DNA of 64,000 nucleotides from a virus. Numbering within the stretch: position 1 is the first letter of the stretch; every line of letters starts with the position of its first letter. A model generated the notes under the pieces. That model had not been told where the DNA came from, made no database searches, and saw only the letters and a list, made by a program, of their open reading frames with translations. The position numbers and the translations under genes were made by a program. This document shows positions 16,822 to 23,581 of the stretch, piece by piece. The stretch is taken from positions 1 to 64,000 of IMG/VR virus record IMGVR_UViG_3300045988_004573; one strand, 5' to 3'.

Positions 16822-16925
16822 AGGTGATTAGCATATATTGGTTAATGCAGTAGTTATCCTATGACATGAGTCTCAGCTTGTTATCTGGATTACTATGCAA
16901 ATAGGCTCAAATCCTATATCACCTA
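16822..16925 (+). ncRNA. tRNA-like RNA with a rod-like extended anticodon arm (no anticodon)
   Basis: acceptor AGGTGAT/ATCACCT; D-arm GCAT-ATATTGGTTA-ATGC; T-arm ATAGG-CTCAAAT-CCTAT; 47 nt between A26 and the variable loop fold as GTAGT.ATCC.ATGACA-loop-TGTTAT.GGAT.ACTAT. Confidence 0.55.
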
Positions 16926-16956
16926 CTATTTATTAACACATTAAATCCACAAGAAA

Positions 16957-17280
16957 ATGAAGAAGTACATTGTTTATGACACCACTGGTAATCCAGTAGG
17001 TGTTCCTTTCAACACATGGAAGGATGCAGAGACCTATAAGATAGTCTATGGGAGACCTGATTGGACTGTCAAGTTAGCACACATTCATATAGACCGCAAG
17101 TCAACTGAGAGACAGAGAAGAGCTGTCTCATTTGTTGAAGAATGGTGTAATATCTCATTTGAAGGTAATATAAATGACTTCTATGAGGTATCAGACTTCC
17201 TTGCAGACTATCTGGACACTGCTAAAGAGATTGCAGAAGATGCTGCTGCATCATATTGGTCAATGATAAATGGTTACTAA
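16957..17280 (+). CDS. hypothetical protein
   Basis: 107-aa ORF. Confidence 0.5.
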   Translation: MKKYIVYDTTGNPVGVPFNTWKDAETYKIVYGRPDWTVKLAHIHIDRKSTERQRRAVSFVEEWCNISFEGNINDFYEVSDFLADYLDTAKEIAEDAAASYWSMINGY

Positions 17281-17524
17281 GATGAACACAGTGAAGAAGA
17301 TATTGAAGGGTGTGTTGCTATGGGTGACAGCCTTCACAGTCATGCTATTCATATCAGGAGTGGATAGTATAACTGACCAAGGTTACTTAGTGCCTTGGTT
17401 GGTAGTTTGTGCCGTTCTATGCTACTTATGCTACAGGTACATATCTGAGGAGGATTTGAATACTCTCTCAGGTGCCAAGTGGCTTGATAAGAAATTAGGT
17501 AGTAGTGATGATGATTTAAGGTAA
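17270..17524 (+). CDS. membrane protein
   Basis: 84 aa with two predicted TM helices. Confidence 0.5.
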   Translation: MVTKMNTVKKILKGVLLWVTAFTVMLFISGVDSITDQGYLVPWLVVCAVLCYLCYRYISEEDLNTLSGAKWLDKKLGSSDDDLR

Positions 17525-17599
17525 TTTGATTGTACACTCCCAGTCTGTGAAGATAGGGAGTGAAATACCTTCATAGTTCAAGGGATAGAATAACTCTAA

Positions 17600-17767
17600 G
17601 TAAATCATTTATACTATTATATAGATGGAAATTCTTGTAATAACAGAGAAGAGAATCTTCAACTGTTATGCCCTAATTGTCATTCTCTTACAGAGAATTT
17701 TGGTAGTAGGAACAAGAATGCTAATAGTGGTAGAAGTATATACTATGGAAGAGCTAGGGCTGATTAG
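17600..17767 (+). pseudogene. HNH endonuclease remnant (C-terminal core only, no start codon)
   Basis: frame reads VNHLYYYIDGNSCNNREENLQLLCPNCHSLTENFG...; opens right after a stop, has no Met, and ends inside tRNA-Arg. Confidence 0.55.
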
Positions 17768-17831
17768 CTCAACTGCACAGAGCGGGGGTTTCCTAAACCT
17801 CAGGTTGGGAGTTGGAGTCTCCCATCAGCCA
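17758..17831 (+). tRNA. tRNA-Arg(CCU) nested inside the interrupted tRNA
   Basis: acceptor GGCTGAT/ATCAGCC; D-stem GCTC/GAGC; anticodon loop UUCCUAA; T-arm GGGAG-TTGGAGT-CTCCC; D-loop lacks GG and the T-loop has G56 (atypical elbow). Confidence 0.65.
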
Positions 17832-18018
17832 CATTTTGCTTAGAGTAGATACTGGTTCGAGTCCAGTTGGAGGTACAATGTCTATTTAACCACTATTTCC
17901 TGACTCTGCTGGGCAAAATGACTGAAAATGTGGTGCTAATGGGTAAGCCATAGTTTCTTGTTTTAGCTTGTACTTTGTTCTTAGAAAAGAAGCAAAGCAA
18001 TTGGGGAATCACATTTGG

Positions 18019-18102
18019 GAATGTATAGCTTAATGGTAAAGCAGCGTGGTACCACTTCAAAACAATGAGAGCAAGATGTAGGTTCAACTCCTACTGCATT
18101 CC
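18019..18102 (+). ncRNA. aberrant 84-nt tRNA-like RNA
   Basis: acceptor GAATGTA/TGCATTC (extendable to 8-9 bp); D-arm GCTT-AATGGTA-AAGC; T-arm GTAGG-TTCAACT-CCTAC; the 34-nt central part does not form a standard anticodon arm and carries GCAG...ACTTCAA as in the insertion family. Confidence 0.5.
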
Positions 18103-18183
18103 TATCTCAATAGTAGTTAAAATGCACAGCCAGCATTGTATCTATGTATCTAACTGGTCATAGTATATGCTGGCACTACTCAT

Positions 18184-18586
18184 GGGGCTGTTTGGTTTTG
18201 ACTGGTGGCTACTGGGTATGAGGACATGCAGAGACTGATGGAGAGACATCAAAACTTTAGGTGGCAACAGAATTTCTGCACCTGTAGCTCTTGCTGCTTA
18301 AGCAATCTACTGAGTTGGTCACTGACTTGGAAACAGAATAGTGACAAAACAAATAAGGTCAAGAAGGAAGTATAATAAGGCTATACCTACTTTCAGTGCT
18401 TAATGGCTGTGATGCACACAGAGGGTGTGACCTTTCAGATTTCTTGCATAGATGAATGCAAGTGGTGGATGATGTTGACAATCCAGTCAACCCCAGCAGA
18501 GAACCAACTGCATAATAAAGTGGTAAGCATGTGTAATCCTTATATTGAGGGCTATTAGGACAGGGGTTCGACTCCCCTCAGCTCCA
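18184..18586 (+). ncRNA. ssrA: tmRNA
   Basis: 5' GGGGCTGTTTGGTTTTGAC; 3' GGACAGGGGTTCGACTCCCCTCAGCTCCA; acceptor with G3-U70; internal tag frame ...GGC AAC AGA ATT TCT GCA CCT GTA GCT CTT GCT GCT TAA (..NRISAPVALAA stop, 18263-18301). Confidence 0.85.
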
Positions 18587-18617
18587 CAATTAACATCAAC
18601 AATTAAATTACATTAGA

Positions 18618-18899
18618 ATGGCAAAGATTGTAAACAATGACAAGGGGTTCAAGGTAATCAGCTTGTCAATCGAAGATGCTGCATCTCTAGGCTTTGGTCT
18701 ATATGGTTCAGGTGCTTGTGTCTGTATGCACTGTAACAAGGGTTGCTTAAGTGGAGACATCTACTATATAGCAGTACTTAATGACACCATGTGCAAGGAC
18801 TGCTATGAGGAGTGGCTCAAAGGTGCTACAAGGTATGTAGATGATGTTCCATATGAGGCACGGAACTTCAACCGTTATAAGGAGGCATTGGGCTTATGA
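18618..18899 (+). CDS. Cys-rich small protein
   Basis: 93 aa with CVCMHCNKGC ... CKDC. Confidence 0.5.
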   Translation: MAKIVNNDKGFKVISLSIEDAASLGFGLYGSGACVCMHCNKGCLSGDIYYIAVLNDTMCKDCYEEWLKGATRYVDDVPYEARNFNRYKEALGL

Positions 18900-19240
18900 T
18901 TATCTTTATATTGGAGTGTATGCTGCTTGGTATAGTAGCTGCACTGACAGGTATCTTCTATAACTACACTCTACAAACAGGTTCTATATTCTGTAAGCTA
19001 GGTGTGATACTGGATGACTGGGCAGAGAATGAGGGTGGCTTCAAAGGTTGGATAGCCAATCCTTTAGGTGCTTGTATATATTGTAGTACTACATGGATAA
19101 CTATATTCATTATGGCTATTTATTGGCTATCATGGAGTAGTTGCCCAGATATAGCTACTATAGTAATATGTACCTTAGCTGCTGTAGGTGTGCAACATCT
19201 TATAATCAGAATATTTGTAGAACTTGACAATAGAGAGTAG
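18896..19240 (+). CDS. membrane protein
   Basis: 114 aa with about 3 TM helices; 4-nt overlap with the upstream ORF. Confidence 0.5.
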   Translation: MIIFILECMLLGIVAALTGIFYNYTLQTGSIFCKLGVILDDWAENEGGFKGWIANPLGACIYCSTTWITIFIMAIYWLSWSSCPDIATIVICTLAAVGVQHLIIRIFVELDNRE

Positions 19241-19385
19241 ATTATGTATTTCAAAGAGGATGAACCAACAGGAGGGCTTATAACAATACCTCTTCCTGAC
19301 CCTACTTATCAGGGTGGTTATTGGTATTAGAGTTAAATTTATGTTAAAGGTAGGTCATTTGTTTGGTAGTATCAAACTTTTGATT

Positions 19386-19393
19386 TACCTTTG
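19386..19393 (+). promoter_or_regulatory. Bacteroidetes-type -7 box TACCTTTG upstream of the Ro60-like gene
   Basis: GATTTACCTTTGCAAAG with TTTG elements about 20-30 nt upstream; 34 nt before the 19428 start. Confidence 0.55.
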
Positions 19394-19427
19394 CAAAGTC
19401 AAACAAGATTAATTTAATTTTAGTGGT

Positions 19428-20840
19428 ATGTGTTCTAAATTAAATCCAAGATTAAAGCCTGCACCTAAGTTTGAGGGCACTCAACTGGCAGGTGGTTATG
19501 GTGCTTTGGCTGCTAGACAATCCAATGTAGCATTGCTTAGAAGAGCAGTGCTGGCTAATCTCCTTTGGGAAGATGTAGCATACATGGATGGAATTTCAGT
19601 AGCCAGTGAGATTAAGAGGTTAATACCTCTGTGCCCTGCTGAGGATGTATATAACATAGCTCTTGAAGCTAGGTTAATGCAGAAGCTGAGACATACTCCA
19701 TTGTTCATAGCAGTGGAAATGTGCAAGTACCCTGAACATAAGTTATTTGTTAAGGACTTGTTACCTAAGATAATCACAAGAGCTGATATGCTCACTGACT
19801 TCTTGGCTATATATTGGAAGGACAAGAAATGCCCTATCTGTAATCAAGCTAAGAAAGGTCTGGCTTTAGCCTTCCACAACTTCAATGAGTATAAGTTGGC
19901 TAAGTATGACAGAGATGCTGCTATCAAGCTCAGAGATGTGATGTTCTTAGTACATACTAAGCCTAGAAACCAATATGAGCAGGAGTTGTTCAATAAGGTA
20001 GCTGAGAGAACTCTTACACCTCCTGAGACATGGGAAGTCATGTTATCTAGAGGTGAGGATAAGAAAGCTACTTGGACTAAGCTCATTACAGAAGGTAAGA
20101 TAGGAGGATTAGCTATGTTGAGGAATATAGCTAATATGCAGAAAGCTAATGTGGATAGAAAGACTATTCAAGATGGTCTTAAAACACTAAGAAGCTCAAT
20201 GCTATTACCTCTTGACTTCTGGAAGGCTGCTAGGATGAACTCAGTATTTGAGAGAGACATTGAGGATGCTATGATTGAGGCATATAAGAACTTACCTAAA
20301 CTTCCTGGTAAGACACTGTTTATAGTGGATGTATCAGGTTCTATGGGTTCTTTAACCTCTGGTAGTTCTCAGTTCAATAGAATGGACCAAGCCTGTGCTA
20401 TGGCTATCTTGGCAGCTAATCAGTGCGAGGACTATGAGCTTGTAGCTACAGCAGGTAATGATGGTTCTAGAAAGAATGCCTCAGAGTGGATTGAATATCC
20501 TAAGAGAGGTTTTGCTCTTGCTCCACAGATAATGGAGACCAGACATAGGATTGGTGGCGGAGGTATATTCACCAGACAATGCCTAGAGTGGTGTAAGGAT
20601 AAGTTCAAAGACAAGAAGTTTGATAGAATTATCATATTCTCAGACTCTCAAGACTGTGACTATCCTGAGAAGAGAGTGCCTAAACCTTTTGGTACTTACA
20701 ACTATATTTGTGATGTGTCAGCACACACAAAAGGTGTAAACTACAGAGGTACATGGACTGCTGAGATAAGTGGTTTCTCGGAGCATTTCATTACATTCAT
20801 TGCAGCAATGGAAGGTGTTCAGAATACCTTTGAAGAATAA
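19428..20840 (+). CDS. rsr: Ro60 ortholog (TROVE domain + vWA/MIDAS)
   Basis: 470 aa; TROVE-like LLWEDVAYMDG, EARLMQKLRHTPLFIAVEM, KYDRDAAIKLRDVMFLVHTKP, LAMLRNIANM; vWA MIDAS FIVDVSGSMGS, GGGG-I-F-T, IIIFSDSQD. These align by eye with recalled human Ro60 motifs ([45 protein letters not shown]). Confidence 0.85.
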   Translation: MCSKLNPRLKPAPKFEGTQLAGGYGALAARQSNVALLRRAVLANLLWEDVAYMDGISVASEIKRLIPLCPAEDVYNIALEARLMQKLRHTPLFIAVEMCKYPEHKLFVKDLLPKIITRADMLTDFLAIYWKDKKCPICNQAKKGLALAFHNFNEYKLAKYDRDAAIKLRDVMFLVHTKPRNQYEQELFNKVAERTLTPPETWEVMLSRGEDKKATWTKLITEGKIGGLAMLRNIANMQKANVDRKTIQDGLKTLRSSMLLPLDFWKAARMNSVFERDIEDAMIEAYKNLPKLPGKTLFIVDVSGSMGSLTSGSSQFNRMDQACAMAILAANQCEDYELVATAGNDGSRKNASEWIEYPKRGFALAPQIMETRHRIGGGGIFTRQCLEWCKDKFKDKKFDRIIIFSDSQDCDYPEKRVPKPFGTYNYICDVSAHTKGVNYRGTWTAEISGFSEHFITFIAAMEGVQNTFEE

Positions 20841-20843
20841 AAC

Positions 20844-20987
20844 AAAGAGTACTGTGTAGTGTTTTGTCAGACTTACTTCATTAACTAAGTGGTATAGTGC
20901 AAAACTTTTAATTTTGATGTCACAGGTTCGAGTCCTGTATGAGATTGGGGAAACCCAAGTCTGACATCTGTTCTCCAGTACTCTTTT
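20844..20987 (+). ncRNA. Y-RNA-like element: tRNA-like cloverleaf enclosed by two long terminal helices
   Basis: starts 4 nt after the rsr stop; 11-bp perfect stem 20844-20854/20976-20986 then TTTT; 8-bp stem 20865-20872/20959-20966; inside: D-arm ACTA-AGTGGTA-TAGT, arm CAAAA-CUUUUAA-TTTTG, T-arm ACAGG-TTCGAGT-CCTGT, plus a GAAA-capped hairpin. Confidence 0.6.
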
Positions 20988-20994
20988 CAATATG

Positions 20995-21125
20995 GAGGAG
21001 TTAGCTCAGTTGGTTAGAGCACTTAATGTTACTCTGTCAAATGTTCCATAGTAATATTGGTGGCAGATAGAGTTACTTCGGAATTGCTAATTCAGTGGTC
21101 ATAGGTTCAAATCCTATACTCCTCC
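20995..21125 (+). tRNA. tRNA gene with ~57-nt insertion after position 26 (anticodon-like loop UUGCUAA)
   Basis: acceptor GAGGAGT/ACTCCTC; canonical D-arm GCTC-AGTTGGTTA-GAGC; T-arm ATAGG-TTCAAAT-CCTAT; insertion ends in AGAGTTACTTC. Confidence 0.6.
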
Positions 21126-21190
21126 CTTACTTTGTTGGATTTTGTGTGTTCTACCTCACTGGTATGTGAATATAGGTGAGGTTTCTACAA

Positions 21191-21328
21191 GGCGGAGTAG
21201 CTAAATGGTAAAGCAACACCCTTACAGGATTTCTCTGGTAAAGCAGTAGTGAGTTGTCAGGGTTACTTCAAGGTTATAGCATTAGTTTTGGGTACTAAAG
21301 TATGTAAGTTCGAGTCTTACCTCCGCCA
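21191..21328 (+). tRNA. tRNA-Pro(UGG)-like gene with ~64-nt insertion between D-arm and anticodon stem
   Basis: acceptor GGCGGAG/CTCCGCC; D-arm GCTA-AATGGTA-AAGC; intact arm TTAGT-UUUGGGU-ACTAA; T-arm GTAAG-TTCGAGT-CTTAC; insertion carries GCAGTAGTGAGTTGTCAGGGTTACTTCAAG. Confidence 0.65.
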
Positions 21329-21532
21329 CTTATTACCTACCTCACCTAGCGTAGTTGTACAGAGTGAGACCTAATAGGAGGCATCAAAGGAACTATCCTA
21401 GTCACACTGGTGTGCTGTTCAGTGAGTGAGAAAATGAGCAGCCCCGAAGCATAGTGGGGATAATGTCAAGGAGTACCATCCTTAAGCAGCTATGTAAAAC
21501 TGGTTGACAATCTGGAAAGACAGATAATAAAT

Positions 21533-21660
21533 GGGGGAGTAGCTAAATTGGTTACAATACTCTAGCTGTTATTCTCTGGAAGCAGTAGTGTTAGCAAAGA
21601 GTTACTTCAAGCATTCATCTGATAAATGAAAGTATATTGGTTCGAGTCCAATCTCCCCCA
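21533..21660 (+). tRNA. tRNA-Ile(GAU)-like gene with ~53-nt insertion in the D-loop region
   Basis: acceptor GGGGGAG/CTCCCCC; intact arm TTCAT-CUGAUAA-ATGAA; T-arm ATTGG-TTCGAGT-CCAAT; insertion carries GCAGTAGTGTTAGCAAAGAGTTACTTCAAG. Confidence 0.65.
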
Positions 21661-21882
21661 CAAGATAGAGGTTAGTGAATGTTACAGTTACTTCATATTA
21701 TGACTAGTATATTTATTTAACATTCAATCAAGAAAGGAGTAGATTTATTTACAACTTTTCAATTCAACCAACTGTGGCAGAGTTGTTCTACCTCTATTAA
21801 GAGGGCTGTGGTAGCAATACTATAGTCCTCTTTCTTTTTGATAACTGTGTTAGCTACATATATTGTATTACTAAAAAAAAGT

Positions 21883-22281
21883 ATGACAAAGACAAAGGAA
21901 AGTGTCGAGAGAGTCGAGGACTTGAAGGCACAAGTGAAAGACCTTCTTGGTGTAGATGCCATGATGGATGAAGATGTGACTAAGGACATGAAGGAAACCC
22001 TTATCACCCAAGCTAAGAACAATGGTGAGGAACACATCGAAGAGGTGATTGACACCATTGAGAAAGCACTTGAGAAGATTAAGGACCCTGGGTTCAAGGC
22101 TATCATCGCTTCTATCATCTGGACTAAGTGTCCTATGGGTATGCAGAAGTCCTGCATTGAACTCCACAACAAGATGCTATGTGCTGCAATGGCTGCTCAC
22201 ATGGAGAAGCAGACTAAGGGCAATCCCCTTGTAGGTCTTGCACTGCTGGCAGCTACATTGAAAAACAAACTGCATGAGTGA
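21883..22281 (+). CDS. hypothetical protein (start trimmed to MTKTKESVERV...)
   Basis: the track ORF starts at a TTG at 21838; the first ATG is 21883. Confidence 0.5.
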   Translation: MTKTKESVERVEDLKAQVKDLLGVDAMMDEDVTKDMKETLITQAKNNGEEHIEEVIDTIEKALEKIKDPGFKAIIASIIWTKCPMGMQKSCIELHNKMLCAAMAAHMEKQTKGNPLVGLALLAATLKNKLHE

Positions 22282-22645
22282 AATCAAGGTGAGTGTCAGT
22301 ATTACACTACAAGGTGGTGTAATGCTGACCCAAGCTGAGGCTGAACAGCTTGAGAAGAACAAAGTAGGCACTGGCTATGACCTGACTAGAATCAAGGTTG
22401 AGGACAAGAAAGGCAATGCTGATGTCATCAACGTGAGAACTAGGAAGTTCAGAACTGCCACACAGACCATAAGCATGTGCAAAGAGGCTTATGAGTACAT
22501 GACAAGCAAGGATAGCTGTCCTCCCAGTATCAAACAGTTTGTATGGGCTAAAATGAAGCCTGTACAGAGACTGGAGGCACATCTGGACTTAGTGTGCAAG
22601 CACCTCAAAGGCATCTCCTATACCTATAAGGTATTTGATGATTGA
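22274..22645 (+). CDS. hypothetical protein
   Basis: 123-aa ORF with 8-nt overlap to the upstream ORF. Confidence 0.5.
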   Translation: MSEIKVSVSITLQGGVMLTQAEAEQLEKNKVGTGYDLTRIKVEDKKGNADVINVRTRKFRTATQTISMCKEAYEYMTSKDSCPPSIKQFVWAKMKPVQRLEAHLDLVCKHLKGISYTYKVFDD

Positions 22646-22676
22646 GTAATAACAACATCACTTATACTGTAGAAGT

Positions 22677-22865
22677 ATGGAGTTTCTTGTGGTATTAGTG
22701 TCCTTATTGGGAGTTATACTCCTGATAAGGACATTTACTAGGTATGACCCTAATCTTGACTTGGTACAGTCAGGTAGAAAGTACATACTGTTCCTGTGGT
22801 ACAACAAGTACAACTGGAGTGGTGAGTATGAGGGCAGGAAGTACATTAAATTGTTTGAGATATGA
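22677..22865 (+). CDS. small membrane protein
   Basis: 62 aa; N-terminal TM FLVVLVSLLGVILLI; 4-nt overlap with the next ORF. Confidence 0.35.
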   Translation: MEFLVVLVSLLGVILLIRTFTRYDPNLDLVQSGRKYILFLWYNKYNWSGEYEGRKYIKLFEI

Positions 22866-23581
22866 TAGAGTTTGGACTTAAAAGAGCCACAAATGGTAAA
22901 AGGTCTAGGTGGTCTAAGAAGTTCCCTCGTAAGAGAATACTCAATAGAGGGGATGAGAAGGCTGCCTTTTGGTTCAGAAGCAATTGGATAGATGATAACT
23001 ACAGGTACTTCAAGGATAACTTGGATAAGTTCCTTAAGTCCAATGTAGGTAGACCAGTTGATAAGGTATTCTCAGAGTTCCTTGATAGGTGTAATAAATC
23101 TGCCAAGGTATATAATCTGAGGAAATGGTTCTATGATATGTTTGAGGAGAAGTCAGAGATTGGCTGGTCAGGTGGTTTCTACATCACCAATGGCATATTG
23201 AACTACAAGAAGAGAACCAAGAAACTTAAGTCCAAGCCTTACATTAGCATAGGTGACTATAACAGACAGATAATGCCTGATATAGTTACTCTGTGCAAAC
23301 AATGTGAGTCAAGTCATCTCAAGCAACCTGTTGGAGAGTTCAAGCTTACCTATAAGGTCCAGAAGAGAGTTTACTTAGTAGAGAGGGAGGTATGGTTAAA
23401 TGACCTAAAGCTACAGTCTCACTATAGGTTATGCTCTATCTATGGAGTAGGTAAGGGAGTATCTAAAAGTATATGGGACTCTCAAGACAAGATGTACAAG
23501 GCTACCTATGAGCTGTGGGATGACTGGAGCTGGTCTAAACTACCTGAGTTTGTATTTATTACCAAGATTGAGAAGATATGA
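22862..23581 (+). CDS. hypothetical protein
   Basis: 239-aa ORF, no motif recognised. Confidence 0.55.
   Translation: MIEFGLKRATNGKRSRWSKKFPRKRILNRGDEKAAFWFRSNWIDDNYRYFKDNLDKFLKSNVGRPVDKVFSEFLDRCNKSAKVYNLRKWFYDMFEEKSEIGWSGGFYITNGILNYKKRTKKLKSKPYISIGDYNRQIMPDIVTLCKQCESSHLKQPVGEFKLTYKVQKRVYLVEREVWLNDLKLQSHYRLCSIYGVGKGVSKSIWDSQDKMYKATYELWDDWSWSKLPEFVFITKIEKI

Larger units (their letters stand above)
17567..17875 (+). tRNA. interrupted tRNA-like gene (5' half 17567-17597, 3' half 17842-17875)
   Basis: ACCTTCA pairs 7/7 (one G-U) with TGGAGGT; D-arm GTTC-AAGGGATA-GAAT; anticodon stem ACTCT/AGAGT; T-arm ACTGG-TTCGAGT-CCAGT; the halves are separated by 244 nt in the anticodon-loop position. Confidence 0.55.

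Noticed and set aside
17625-18087. Track ORFs 17625..17843 (+) and 17893..18087 (-). Likewise 20718..20990 (-), 15439..15708 (-) and 13862..14182 (+).
   Set aside because: - They overlap tRNA, tRNA-like or Y-like RNA genes, or repeat-rich intergenic DNA.
- In the 17625 case the real coding signal is an HNH remnant in another frame.
18019-18102. Opal-suppressor or selenocysteine tRNA, suggested by CUUCAAA and an extendable 8-9-bp acceptor stem.
   Set aside because: The bases flanking CUUCAAA cannot form an anticodon stem, and there is no 6-bp D-stem or Sec-type variable arm.
21243-21272. GUAGUGAGUUGUCAG..GUUAC in the insertion motif looks, from memory, like a stretch of human Y1 RNA (GUAGUGAGUUAUC ... 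GUCAGUUAC).
   Set aside because: - I cannot verify the recalled sequence here.
- The vertebrate segment pairs with a 3' partner (CUCACUAC) that is absent here.
- It is not used as evidence and only motivates a covariance-model check.
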